Source of the DNA: a virus
Lineage: Duplodnaviria > Caudoviricetes
DNA: 64,000 bases
Strand: one strand, 5' to 3'
Virus record (IMG/VR): IMGVR_UViG_3300020465_000013
Coordinates: 1,904-65,903 of that record
The position numbers were made by a program, and so were the translations under genes. Below the pieces are notes generated by a model, which saw nothing but the letters and a program-made list of their open reading frames with translations, did no database searches and was not told the origin of the DNA. Positions 1 through 9,522 of the stretch are shown here, piece by piece (position 1 is the first letter of the stretch; each line of letters starts with the position of its first letter).

Positions 1-39
1 CATAATTGGCTTGCATTAAACCCAAAAGGTGAAAGATGG

Positions 40-516
40 GTGATTGATTGGAGGGATTGGGAGGTCGCTATGGAAAATATAGAACATAGATCACATGAAT
101 CTTACGAAGATTGGTTTGATTTGAATTGTTTTGTTGGAAAGTATTTAACTGTTGGAGAATTATTGCAATATGACTTAAGACGAGTACCAGACCAAGGTAG
201 TCAAGAGGAGAACAATCTATTTCTTTTAGCTAGAGAGTTTAGTGCCGTGAGAGAGGGCTGGGGAGGCTCTATAGGCGTTTGTGGAGGCTTTAGACCTGAA
301 CCTATTAATCGAGAGATTGGAGGCGACCCAGACGATCCTTATAGCTATGGCAAAGCCTTAGATATTTATCCCTGTGGTGATGAGGTTAGCCATCTATTTA
401 ATTGGCTCAGACATCGATGGAGTGGAAGCCTTATAGATTACAGCGAGAAAGGATATATTCGATTAGATATGTCTGATATTGGTATTGGTCCTGCGCGTTT
501 CTTAGGTCTTAGATAA
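40..516 (+). CDS. Peptidase M15A-like (endolysin-fold) protein with apparently degenerate Zn site
   Basis: GGFRPEPINREIGG..PYSYGKALDI and YIRLD align with the M15A pattern SGYR...N..VGG...SxH..GxAxD...HxD, but both His positions are replaced. Confidence 0.6.
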   Translation: MIDWRDWEVAMENIEHRSHESYEDWFDLNCFVGKYLTVGELLQYDLRRVPDQGSQEENNLFLLAREFSAVREGWGGSIGVCGGFRPEPINREIGGDPDDPYSYGKALDIYPCGDEVSHLFNWLRHRWSGSLIDYSEKGYIRLDMSDIGIGPARFLGLR

Positions 517-931
517 CTTTGATAGACATTGCTCCACTGTTGAACTGAACTGTATCACCTTGCTGTACATCAACGTTTGTAGTCAATTGACCAGATGCTA
601 GGAAATTACCAGTTGTAGCTGAATCCCAAATACCGAAGTGGGTTAAAGTTGTTGGACTTGTATTTTGAGCACTAGTTGTTATTTGAGAAACAACAGCGTT
701 CGTAATCTCATATCCACCACCACCAGCGGGACTAACTGAACTAAAAGTAGAACTGGCAATCGCTGTTCTTGTAGCAGAACCTTTGATAGTACTTGTTACA
801 TCATTATTCGTCCCTGCCGTTCCTGGGTCTGCAGTGTGGACAGTGACGTAGACGTTAGTAAGAGCAGAAGGAAAAGTAGAACTTTTCATCCAACTTAAAA
901 CCTTAGTCGCCAAATATTGAGAAAATGCCAT
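509..931 (-). CDS. Virion structural or tail-associated protein
   Basis: YVTVHTADPG and THFGIWDSATTGNFL motifs typical of a small phage tail protein family; Ser/Thr-rich. Confidence 0.6.
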   Translation of the reverse strand: MAFSQYLATKVLSWMKSSTFPSALTNVYVTVHTADPGTAGTNNDVTSTIKGSATRTAIASSTFSSVSPAGGGGYEITNAVVSQITTSAQNTSPTTLTHFGIWDSATTGNFLASGQLTTNVDVQQGDTVQFNSGAMSIKVI

Positions 932-969
932 ACGTGTGTCGGAATTACTTGTCTAGAAATGGATTGGGT

Positions 970-1848
970 TTATGGGCCGTAGCCACCACCTGGGGTCGTA
1001 ACAGTTAGCGTAGCAGTGTTGGAACTTGTTCCCGATGCGGTTCCGTTAACCCTCCAATACATCTTAAGTCTGCCGTAAGGAGACATTCTTAATTCTATTG
1101 TGCCTCGGCTATTTATGGTAATGTAACCAGAATTTTCGCTCATATTCGAAGAATGACCTTCTAGTTCTTTCAAGGTATTTTTCGGTGTAAGAGTTAATGA
1201 ATTATCACAGGTACCAAACGCCTCTCCAAAAATCTTAATCAGAGCAATTCTGAGACTTGTCGTCAATGATCCAGTTGCTTGACCATAGATCAAGACGTAG
1301 CGCATGACTTGCAAGCTGACATTAAAAGGAAGTGCTTGCCATTGAGAATTACTGATTGTAAAGTAATATTCTCCTTGAGGTAGTTGTAATTGTCCTTCTA
1401 AAATATCTGTATTTAAAATTTCGTTTTTATATCCAAAGCCGTCTATATTTCTTTGGATCTGTTTACCATTTCCATCTAGTAGCCCAATGGAAATATATTG
1501 ATCTTTATATTTCTGGATGGAATGTTTGGTAACCCTTAGATCTGATTCTCCATCTGTTGTGACTTTGAAGTAAAGAGTATATGCACCGACCTCTCCTCCG
1601 ACATCTCCGGAAACCGTGGTATTTAAATTGACAACACGACCAAAATCTTTAGCTTTTGATAGGGAATTATATTTAACATGCTGCTTTCTTAAAAAAGACG
1701 CAGAACTCTTCTCGCTTCCACCATAAGCTCCTGTTAGTTTATTAATTGAACTGCTAACAGAAGTCAAATACGAGCAAAAAACAGTACTCGACTTTATTTT
1801 AGGTAAAAATAAAAGCCAGGTGCTTTTGCACGACAGCTGATCGCACAA
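970..1848 (-). CDS. Putative virion structural protein (true start probably downstream of 1848)
   Basis: Long beta-rich ORF co-oriented with the adjacent tail-like gene. Confidence 0.45.
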   Translation of the reverse strand: MCDQLSCKSTWLLFLPKIKSSTVFCSYLTSVSSSINKLTGAYGGSEKSSASFLRKQHVKYNSLSKAKDFGRVVNLNTTVSGDVGGEVGAYTLYFKVTTDGESDLRVTKHSIQKYKDQYISIGLLDGNGKQIQRNIDGFGYKNEILNTDILEGQLQLPQGEYYFTISNSQWQALPFNVSLQVMRYVLIYGQATGSLTTSLRIALIKIFGEAFGTCDNSLTLTPKNTLKELEGHSSNMSENSGYITINSRGTIELRMSPYGRLKMYWRVNGTASGTSSNTATLTVTTPGGGYGP

Positions 1849-1938
1849 AAATCGTTTTCTGTCTTTAGGAAACTACAAAAACTAAAGACTCCTGGCATAT
1901 TAGCCTCTGACGTAGTTCTTCTTCGAGGCTTACGTATA

Positions 1939-2514
1939 TTATCTAGCTTTGAGCTTATTTTTCATCATTTTTGGTATATAAGGATTAATAATATCAATCA
2001 AGACTGGCATAGCATCTTTTCTTATGCTGATTTCAAGAATGGTTGTTTGGTTCGAGTGGAGAACAGCAGGAATATCAAATGTTCTTAGCCAATTAGTAAT
2101 ATTTCGATATTCTTCTTCCGTATATTTACCTCTAATGGAACCTCTTTTCCCTACGAACCGACCTTGATCGATCCACAGAGATGCCATACCTTTTTTCCCG
2201 ACAATATCTAACACTGTTGGAGATATGCAAGATTTATCTCTAGGACAAAGGATTTCATAGGCTCTCCATAAGCCTTGACCGTGAAATCGAATACGTTCTT
2301 TATCGTAAAAGCCATTTGTAGGTAATCGATCCTTGAATAGGTCGATTGGTCCTTCGTGATACGTCTTTAATTGTTTGAGTTGGTAGTTCAGGTAATCTCT
2401 TTCTGTTTCCCACCTAGAAAGTTCAAGCCAAGGTCTTTTTCTTCTCCCCTTCAGTGATAAGACTCCTTTGCCCAAGCTGTAACTCAGTACGTGCGTTACT
2501 AATTGAGCCGACAT
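1939..2514 (-). CDS. Degenerate LAGLIDADG_2-fold protein
   Basis: Two LAGLIDADG-like helices, VLSYSLGKGVL and MASLWIDQG, lacking the usual acidic residue before Gly; C-terminal IINPYIPKMMKNKL resembles this family. Confidence 0.55.
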   Translation of the reverse strand: MSAQLVTHVLSYSLGKGVLSLKGRRKRPWLELSRWETERDYLNYQLKQLKTYHEGPIDLFKDRLPTNGFYDKERIRFHGQGLWRAYEILCPRDKSCISPTVLDIVGKKGMASLWIDQGRFVGKRGSIRGKYTEEEYRNITNWLRTFDIPAVLHSNQTTILEISIRKDAMPVLIDIINPYIPKMMKNKLKAR

Positions 2515-3115
2515 CCCATTGTTCTCCAGAGAATAGGTGTTTACGAGTTTTAGGAGCGTAATCTAAAAGTGCTGTTTGAATCTTCTTGGTTTCTTCTGGA
2601 TTGAATCGTAATCGAGGTTTGACATAATTGCTATCAATTTCCGCTGCAGCCCCTGTTAACACTGATAGCCATTGAGAGAAAATAATCGCTTCTTCTAACA
2701 TGGATCCGACTCTTGCGAGAATAGAAGATCCATCTCCTTGTAATCTTGCTCCTTCAGCCCACGTCCAAGCGGCAGCTTTAGCACCTAATAAATCCAAGGC
2801 CGTATGAGTGATTTGCCGTTCTCCTACGGGGTATAGCAAGTTATAAACTGGCCTTAATTTATTAGTAGAAACTCTAAAACGAAGAATAGATGTCGTTTTA
2901 CCATTAGATCGCGGAGTAGTCTTATAGGGAACAATTTGAGCTTTTGTTTTGATAAATTGCTTGAATTCGTCTACTTTTTCTTCGAGAAAAGCTGATTCCG
3001 AAGATCCTGCCGTTAGCGTCAGTTGAATATATCCTCCTCCAGGAGTGCGATATGGAACAAGGCTGCCGTCAGAAATTAAAAGTCCGAGCAATCCTCGAAC
3101 GTCAATAACATCCAA
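2423..3115 (-). CDS. LAGLIDADG_2-family homing-endonuclease-like protein
   Basis: Motif LLGLLISDGSL, then LRFRVST..LRPVYNLLYP and a second motif AAAWTWAEG. Confidence 0.7.
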   Translation of the reverse strand: MDVIDVRGLLGLLISDGSLVPYRTPGGGYIQLTLTAGSSESAFLEEKVDEFKQFIKTKAQIVPYKTTPRSNGKTTSILRFRVSTNKLRPVYNLLYPVGERQITHTALDLLGAKAAAWTWAEGARLQGDGSSILARVGSMLEEAIIFSQWLSVLTGAAAEIDSNYVKPRLRFNPEETKKIQTALLDYAPKTRKHLFSGEQWDVGSISNARTELQLGQRSLITEGEKKKTLA

Positions 3116-3208
3116 AGTTTTTCCCTATATGTATTCTTTATAGTAGTTAATAGCACGACGAATGTCGTGTTTTTGTTCACTATAAGTTTTCGGAGTTAGA
3201 GATCCCAG

Positions 3209-4357
3209 ATGTGGATTGACAATGATTTCCCAAAACTGTTAGGAGCCGAGCTTTATAGGCCCCATCCCGGTTATATCATCGAGATGGCTGTAGAGCCTGT
3301 AGTGGTACACGACTTCGCTAAACAGCCGGGCCAAACGGTCCAGTTAGATAGGTATCGCTTCTGGGGAAATCCTGGTAATAAGGATTCCAGAGAGCGTACA
3401 GCGGATCAGACACTAGGTACAGCTTCTAGCAGAAATATCGTTAAGGACAAAGTACTTGTATCTCTAAAAGAGTATACAGGTCCTGCAGATCCTACCGATG
3501 CAACTTCTCCTTCAACCTTTAAGGTTGCTCGTGAGACATTGCTTACAGCACAGCGTCTTTTATTAGACACTGGTAACCTCAACGTTTTTCATCAGAGCAT
3601 AGGTTCACTTACGCTTTTGGATGATTACAGACGTTGGAGAGACAGAGTCTTCGCTGACGAGCTATTCAAGGCTGAAGCAAACGGTAACTCTTCCGCTAGT
3701 GAAGGTGGTTACTACTATCCAGGTGGTGATGCAAAAGCTGCAGCAGCACCTTTCTTTACATACGCTGCTGGTACATCAGCAAAGTTTGATGTAAAGACTG
3801 ACCTACTTCAGGTTGTTAAGGACATGCGTAAGCGCAACGTCCCAACATTCTCTGATGGGTACTACAGATGTATCGCTGATCCAACAGCAATGATGCATCT
3901 CAGACAGAACGACGCATTTAGAGAGATTGCTCGTTATGCAGGAAACGGCATGGTTAATCCTATGTCTCCTGAGCAAGCACCTAATGCCAACTTCTTCCAA
4001 GGTATGGGTCCAGCTTATGGACAAGCTGGTTTTGTAGCCGGTCAGCCGGTTATGCCAACCGGATTTTTGTTTGAGGGCGTAAGATGGTTCGAATCAACCA
4101 ACTTGCCTGAGAAATCCATAAGTGCAAGCATCGCTGACGCCCCTGGTGGTGCTGGTGCTGCTACATACACAGCTGCTCCAATGTTGTTCTTCGGACCACA
4201 AGCAGTTGGTGTTGGTATTGGAGGTAACAATGCCCAGATCTTATTAAACAATAATGATGACTTTTCCCGCTTCATCATTATGATTTGGTCCTTGTTTGCT
4301 GGTTTTGAAATCCTTAATAAGGACTTCATAACTGTTGCTTACTCATTCGTATATTGA
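3209..4357 (+). CDS. Major capsid protein (N4-gp56-like)
   Basis: 382 aa; DFAKQPGQTVQLDRY, FEGVRWFEST and FFGPQAVG..DDFSR...IW motifs; GGAG upstream; heads the structural operon. Confidence 0.8.
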   Translation: MWIDNDFPKLLGAELYRPHPGYIIEMAVEPVVVHDFAKQPGQTVQLDRYRFWGNPGNKDSRERTADQTLGTASSRNIVKDKVLVSLKEYTGPADPTDATSPSTFKVARETLLTAQRLLLDTGNLNVFHQSIGSLTLLDDYRRWRDRVFADELFKAEANGNSSASEGGYYYPGGDAKAAAAPFFTYAAGTSAKFDVKTDLLQVVKDMRKRNVPTFSDGYYRCIADPTAMMHLRQNDAFREIARYAGNGMVNPMSPEQAPNANFFQGMGPAYGQAGFVAGQPVMPTGFLFEGVRWFESTNLPEKSISASIADAPGGAGAATYTAAPMLFFGPQAVGVGIGGNNAQILLNNNDDFSRFIIMIWSLFAGFEILNKDFITVAYSFVY

Positions 4358-4371
4358 GGAGGTAACTAACA

Positions 4372-5007
4372 ATGGCAAAACGTATTTATCCCGGTAACTG
4401 GGTTACTCAACTCAGTAGTTATCAAGGTCAGCCAGTCGTGGCTGTCCCAGGTCGTCAGTATTTCCAGAAAGTTGGATATGCATTAGTTGACGGCACAGGT
4501 GGCACAGAATTTGCTGTGACCATTCCTAGTCCTGATATGAGACAGGACGATAAGGTTCGTGCAAATATCACTAACCTCGTTCTCCCCGCAGGTGCAAGCG
4601 TCTACAACGTTGGTATTCGTGTGCCTGACATAAGGAAGGACAAAGCAGTTGGTGATGCTACTTCTGGACTTGTTGGTACTAACACTGACACCATTGCACT
4701 TAAGCCTGCAGCTGGTGATGCTGCTGACACAATCAGCACAACAGTAGTTTCTACTCCAACAGTCGCAGTTGCTCTGGCAACTATTGCTCCTACATCTGCA
4801 CAGAAAAGTGTAGTTACAGCGGCAGTTTTGGCTGGATCAGAGACTCTTAAGGTCTACGTTCGCAACGCAGCCGGCAATGCAGCAGGTAGTAATCTATCTT
4901 CTACTGCAGCTGGTGGTACTCCAATCATCGTTGAAGTTTCATACTTCGTTGATGATGATGTTCCAGATGTTGAGTCAACATTCATTCCTTATATAACTGA
5001 GACCTAA
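4372..5007 (+). CDS. Putative capsid decoration or minor capsid protein
   Basis: Directly after the MCP with strong RBS GAGGAGG; Ala/Thr/Val-rich; followed by a terminator. Confidence 0.55.
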   Translation: MAKRIYPGNWVTQLSSYQGQPVVAVPGRQYFQKVGYALVDGTGGTEFAVTIPSPDMRQDDKVRANITNLVLPAGASVYNVGIRVPDIRKDKAVGDATSGLVGTNTDTIALKPAAGDAADTISTTVVSTPTVAVALATIAPTSAQKSVVTAAVLAGSETLKVYVRNAAGNAAGSNLSSTAAGGTPIIVEVSYFVDDDVPDVESTFIPYITET

Positions 5008-5029
5008 ACCAGGTTTCTCACTACAATAT

Positions 5030-5056
5030 GGGCATCTCAAAAGGATGCCCTTTTTT
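5030..5056 (+). terminator. Intrinsic terminator after the capsid gene pair
   Basis: GGGCATC-tcaaaag-GATGCCC followed by TTTTTT. Confidence 0.75.
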
Positions 5057-5062
5057 ATTGAC

Positions 5063-5494
5063 ATGTCGCTGTATCAAAATCAAAAAAATGGACAAATTGT
5101 AGAGTTTATTGGCCACCATGATAAAGATTGGGCAATGGTCAAAAATTCTGCAGGAGTTGTTCAGTACGTCGCTTTAGATGATCTTGTTTCCTACGAACCT
5201 AATAAAGGTAGGACAGGAGAGAAAATAGAACCTCAGTCTGCTGAAAAATCAAAAGACGAGGACAAGATTCCTGAGACTGCAATTCCAGTTGATACGAGAT
5301 TAAACATTAATGTTGCAACTGCTGAAGGAATTGCTAAGTCTGTCAAAGGTATTGGGTATGCCACAGCAAAGAAAATTCTCGAACTTAGAATGTCTCTCCC
5401 CGGGGAGAAATTTAAGAACCTTGATCAACTCAGAAAGATTAGTCGAGTTGATTGGGATCAAGTTATAAAGGATGATTTAATTTACGTTGCTTAG
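5063..5494 (+). CDS. Helix-hairpin-helix (ComEA-like) domain protein
   Basis: LNINVATAEGIAKSVKGIGYATAKKILELR...FKNLDQL. Start moved to ATG 5063 because 5045 lies within the terminator. Confidence 0.75.
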   Translation: MSLYQNQKNGQIVEFIGHHDKDWAMVKNSAGVVQYVALDDLVSYEPNKGRTGEKIEPQSAEKSKDEDKIPETAIPVDTRLNINVATAEGIAKSVKGIGYATAKKILELRMSLPGEKFKNLDQLRKISRVDWDQVIKDDLIYVA

Positions 5495-5522
5495 AATAGA
5501 ACGAAAGGCTTTTGTTTAGCGA

Positions 5523-6008
5523 TTGGAATTAAACGACTACGATAAGAGCCGTTGCAGGTTTCACCTCGGCTACAACGTCGGTGCAAATTTACCTGCTGGA
5601 GATATAGCTCGTCTCGAAGAGGCGATGGCTCGTATTCCAGACAGTTATTTTTACACTCGTGTTATTGAACATTTAACTCGTTGCGATAAGGCTTATAAGC
5701 TTTCTCAAGTCTTCAGAGTTGAAACTCAGCCACAGCCAAGTCGAATCGAACGGATCACAGGTGACACAGATCGTGCCATCTATCAATCTGATCCTATTAA
5801 GGCTGACAAGGATTACAGAGAAATCTACTTAAGAGAAGTAGATCGATTAGCAGAAACTTTATATGTTGCTAATTACCGCAGAGATGAGGTTCGTCGATAT
5901 GCGTTCGACAGATCTGGAGGAGAGTTTATTATGTCTGTAAAAGGTCCAGCAGATACTGCTGTTGGCACAAGAATAGCTCAAGCTGTTGGATCACAAAACT
6001 GGAGGTAA
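5523..6008 (+). CDS. Putative head-completion or adaptor protein
   Basis: Helical 161-aa ORF with N-terminal RCRFHLGY, positioned after the capsid genes. Confidence 0.45.
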   Translation: MELNDYDKSRCRFHLGYNVGANLPAGDIARLEEAMARIPDSYFYTRVIEHLTRCDKAYKLSQVFRVETQPQPSRIERITGDTDRAIYQSDPIKADKDYREIYLREVDRLAETLYVANYRRDEVRRYAFDRSGGEFIMSVKGPADTAVGTRIAQAVGSQNWR

Positions 6009-6011
6009 CTC

Positions 6012-6770
6012 ATGACTAGAAAAGCATCAAACAAAGGGCAAACAGGTCAAGGGTATCCCGGACAGTTTCCACAATACACAGCAACTAATATCAACAACTC
6101 TGTAGGTAGTTTTCCCGGACAGAAATGGGAACCTGTTGTATTAAATCAAAAAGGGAGAGGAAAAGACGAGAAGGCTAAAGAGATGGGGATGAATGCTGGA
6201 ATGAAAGCACATGAGTTTGGCAAAATCAATCAACCTGCTCAAGACGCCTTCTCTCAGATAGGAAGCGAGATGACAGTAGCTCCTCCATCTAATCCAAATA
6301 AAACACTTAATAAATCAGGCAATGTCAATACTTTCTTAAGTGCAGTTAAAGCAGAATTTAATGATCAAAGCAGAGCTACTGCTTCCACAAAAGATTACAA
6401 GTTTGGAGCTCAAGTATCTTCTTTAGGTGTCAACCCTGCAGCAAATGCAAGTGAATCTGGTTTTGCGGTAGGCAATGACCCATTGAGAGCAGGATTTAAC
6501 AGGTCAACTGCTATGGGAATTGTTCCTAACAGAAATCAAAAACCAGCATCAACAGATATTGATATGTTCCAACCAAGCAGTGCTCAGGTGAATGTCAATA
6601 AAGCGGGAGTTGAAATGGCTCAGAATAGCAACCCTGGCACTAGCCCTAATCCTGCTGACAGAAGTCAGTTATCAGGAGAAGGAGGAATGAAGGTTCAAGC
6701 TACGCCTAGTTTTACTGATTCTTTCGTAGCAAATGTGAGTCAGCAACTGAGTAGTACACCGTTAGCATGA
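6012..6770 (+). CDS. Hypothetical low-complexity protein
   Basis: GGAGG RBS; N/Q/S/G-rich. Confidence 0.55.
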   Translation: MTRKASNKGQTGQGYPGQFPQYTATNINNSVGSFPGQKWEPVVLNQKGRGKDEKAKEMGMNAGMKAHEFGKINQPAQDAFSQIGSEMTVAPPSNPNKTLNKSGNVNTFLSAVKAEFNDQSRATASTKDYKFGAQVSSLGVNPAANASESGFAVGNDPLRAGFNRSTAMGIVPNRNQKPASTDIDMFQPSSAQVNVNKAGVEMAQNSNPGTSPNPADRSQLSGEGGMKVQATPSFTDSFVANVSQQLSSTPLA

Positions 6771-6994
6771 GCACTCCTCAATTCAAAGGCTTTGATAAAC
6801 CGAAAATGAAAGGCTCATATTTTGATCCTCCTCCTGTTCCTTTATTTTCTGGCCAACCCACAAGTCCTCGAGGTACTGAATCTCGAGGATTAAATACTGC
6901 ACTAGGATTAATGCATAGTGGACCTCAGCGAGACATTCCGGCTGGGGAACCAGGAAGTCATCAAGGATGGGCTCCTGCTGGTCCAGGAATGTAG
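6767..6994 (+). CDS. Hypothetical protein
   Basis: ATGA overlap with the upstream stop. Confidence 0.5.
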   Translation: MSTPQFKGFDKPKMKGSYFDPPPVPLFSGQPTSPRGTESRGLNTALGLMHSGPQRDIPAGEPGSHQGWAPAGPGM

Positions 6995-7034
6995 GCATAG
7001 AAAGCCTATAAAATTAATTAAGACGAGGTTTTAA

Positions 7035-7556
7035 ATGGCAACCAGCAGTTCAAACAAGATGCCGCTTTTGGTCGACAGACCATTGCATTCGTTCGCAACA
7101 CTTGGCGCGACGGCGGCTTTAACAACAGCAACCAACTTAAACACACCTGCACCTGCAGGATGTGTCTTACTAGTCGACTGTTCCGCTAATGACGGATCAG
7201 TGATTGATAGCTTATCAATTATTTGTAATGAAGCGACTACAACAACTTCTAATGTCATAGCATTCTTAAGTACAGCTACGACAGCAGCAAATATTACAAC
7301 AGCGAACACTGTTGCAGTTGCGACGGGTACTATTGGATCTACCGCTATGGGGGATCGAACCAATATTGCCTTACCTCCTTTAACAGTACCAGTTCCTAAT
7401 CTCGGAGGAACAACTGGTGTTAGCGAAACAGATAAGAAAAATACTGGGTTATATGTTCCATCAGGAGCGTTGTTATATGTCGGTTTAGATGTCGTGCTAA
7501 GTACTCCTAGTGCTGCAACTGTTGTTCACGTTTTAGCTCAAGGAGGATTCTTCTAA
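7035..7556 (+). CDS. Putative virion structural protein
   Basis: GAGG RBS; Thr/Ala-rich beta protein; TAATG coupling to the next gene. Confidence 0.55.
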   Translation: MATSSSNKMPLLVDRPLHSFATLGATAALTTATNLNTPAPAGCVLLVDCSANDGSVIDSLSIICNEATTTTSNVIAFLSTATTAANITTANTVAVATGTIGSTAMGDRTNIALPPLTVPVPNLGGTTGVSETDKKNTGLYVPSGALLYVGLDVVLSTPSAATVVHVLAQGGFF

Positions 7557-9520
7557 TGTCATCAGCCGCTAGTACATCTTCTTTCTTAGACAATCTCTAT
7601 CAATCCAAATTTGGTCGAGCACCTGATGCTGGCGGTAAAGCTTATTGGGCTAAAGCATTAGATTCAGGAAGCATAACCCCTGAGCAAGTATCTAAAAGTT
7701 TTGATGCTTCTCAAGAAGCAAAGGATAGAGCAGCTAAGAATATTGCGCCTGGGGTAAAAGATACTTCTAGTTTTCAAAAAGCAGCAGCAGCAGTTGCAGC
7801 AGCTTCACCATCTCCTGCTCCGGCTCCAGCACCTGCGCCTGCACCTGCACCTGCACCTGCACCTGCACCTGCACCGGCTCCTTCCCCTGCTCCTTCCCCT
7901 TCACCTTCAGCTTCACCTGCCCAAAGTACAAAAGAACAGGTAGAAGACTTATACAAATCAATATTGCATCGTGGATCAGACGAGGGTGGAAGTAACTATT
8001 GGACAGAAGAAATTGAATCGGGTAGACAAACGCTTGACCAAGTTCGAGGACACATAGAGGCTAGTGCGGAAGGACAAGAAGTCGATGATAATTTAAATTT
8101 CCTAGAAAATCTTTATAAATCTGATCTAGACAGAACTCAATCTCCTGACGCAGATGTAACTGATAGCGTCTTAGATACGAGTGGAAAAGAATATTGGATG
8201 AAAGCATTGGCTACAGGTTCTAGCCAAGAGGATGTAGCGAGAGCAGTTCGTCATTCCGATGAGTTTGAAGGTGCTGCTACTGATTGGATTAAAAATACTT
8301 ACACTGATGTCCTTGGACGTGACTACGGCTATAAAGGCGAAGTCAACGATTCAGGGGATGGTGATCATCGAATGGATGATGAGGCAGGAGAAATTAGTGG
8401 AATGGATTATTGGCTTAACCACTTAAGAAGTGGAGATAGTCGTGACGATGTAAGAAATATGATTGCCAATACGGATGAAGGTTGGATACAGCAAATGTAC
8501 ACCGAACATTTAGATCGTGATGCAGGAGCAGAAGGAAGAACTTACTGGGGTGATGATTTAAAAGCGGGATCAACAAGAGAGGAAGTCCTCGCTAATATCA
8601 AACGTTCAGCAGAGTATCAATGTAAGAGCTCTGGAGGAGCTTGGAACGGTGCAAGTAGATCTTGTGGTTCTCCTGCACAGCCTTGTCCTGAAGGACAATC
8701 AAGAGATAGTGCAGGTAATTGTGTCGCTACTCCATCGGCTTGCCCTGCGGGACAGACAAGAAACTCCTCTGGTGCATGTGTTCCAGACCAACAACCTTGC
8801 CCTTCAGGACAAAGTCGTAACGCAGCAGGTACATGCGTGGCTGACAGCAGTCCTTGTCCTTCAGGTCAGACAAAAGATGCTAATGGTAATTGCATCAATA
8901 CTAATGTCACTTGTGGCGCTGGTGAAAAATTAAACGCAGCAGGGACAGGTTGTATTCCCGATAATCCTGATCCTATTGTTTGTGGGGCTGGTCAAAAAGC
9001 TAATGCTAACGGGACAGGTTGTGTTCCTGACAATAGCGGAGGTGATACTTCTCCTACAGGCTCAGGACCCGGTGGCCCAGGAACTTGGTCTGGACCGGGA
9101 GACGACTCTGCTCCGATAGACGATCCTTCAGGTGCTTATTCAAAAGAGAATCCTACTCAGTCATACGACAACAAGAAAGCAGAATACGCACAATTATACG
9201 CTCACACTTTGCAAGACAAAGCAAACTTAGAGGGTGAGAATTACAAGCAACTTCAGAGAGAATTGCAGGGTTATATTGACGCCCAAAGAGATGATGAAAC
9301 TTCGAGATTAAGAAGTGGTATCACGATTGGAGGTAATCAAGCAAGTCAAAGACCTAGCAACTTAAAGAGTGGATCTCCTAGCTATGGCAGTAAGTCCAGT
9401 GATAAAGGTTTGATTACTAGTGGACCAAAATATAAAGATGACAGACCTTATGCTCCTAGAGGAATGAAGAAAGGTTCTCCTATCTCTAGTTCTTACTTCG
9501 CAATGGCTGAGAGGTTCTAG
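7556..9520 (+). CDS. Multi-DUF4214 repeat protein with Pro-Ala linker and Cys-rich repeats
   Basis: About five LY...LGR..D..G..YW...L..G.SR..V units, and about seven CPxGQxRxxxGxCV-type units. Confidence 0.75.
   Translation: MSSAASTSSFLDNLYQSKFGRAPDAGGKAYWAKALDSGSITPEQVSKSFDASQEAKDRAAKNIAPGVKDTSSFQKAAAAVAAASPSPAPAPAPAPAPAPAPAPAPAPAPSPAPSPSPSASPAQSTKEQVEDLYKSILHRGSDEGGSNYWTEEIESGRQTLDQVRGHIEASAEGQEVDDNLNFLENLYKSDLDRTQSPDADVTDSVLDTSGKEYWMKALATGSSQEDVARAVRHSDEFEGAATDWIKNTYTDVLGRDYGYKGEVNDSGDGDHRMDDEAGEISGMDYWLNHLRSGDSRDDVRNMIANTDEGWIQQMYTEHLDRDAGAEGRTYWGDDLKAGSTREEVLANIKRSAEYQCKSSGGAWNGASRSCGSPAQPCPEGQSRDSAGNCVATPSACPAGQTRNSSGACVPDQQPCPSGQSRNAAGTCVADSSPCPSGQTKDANGNCINTNVTCGAGEKLNAAGTGCIPDNPDPIVCGAGQKANANGTGCVPDNSGGDTSPTGSGPGGPGTWSGPGDDSAPIDDPSGAYSKENPTQSYDNKKAEYAQLYAHTLQDKANLEGENYKQLQRELQGYIDAQRDDETSRLRSGITIGGNQASQRPSNLKSGSPSYGSKSSDKGLITSGPKYKDDRPYAPRGMKKGSPISSSYFAMAERF
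7805..7921 (+). repeat. 6-bp tandem repeat encoding a (PA/PS)n linker
   Basis: Runs of CCTGCA visible in the sequence. Confidence 0.9.
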
Positions 9521-9522
9521 CA

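Noticed and set aside
7767-7961. Antisense (VQ)n and (GA)n ORFs, and similar ones at 34067 and 35020
   Set aside because: Shadows of proline-linker tandem repeats on the coding strand.
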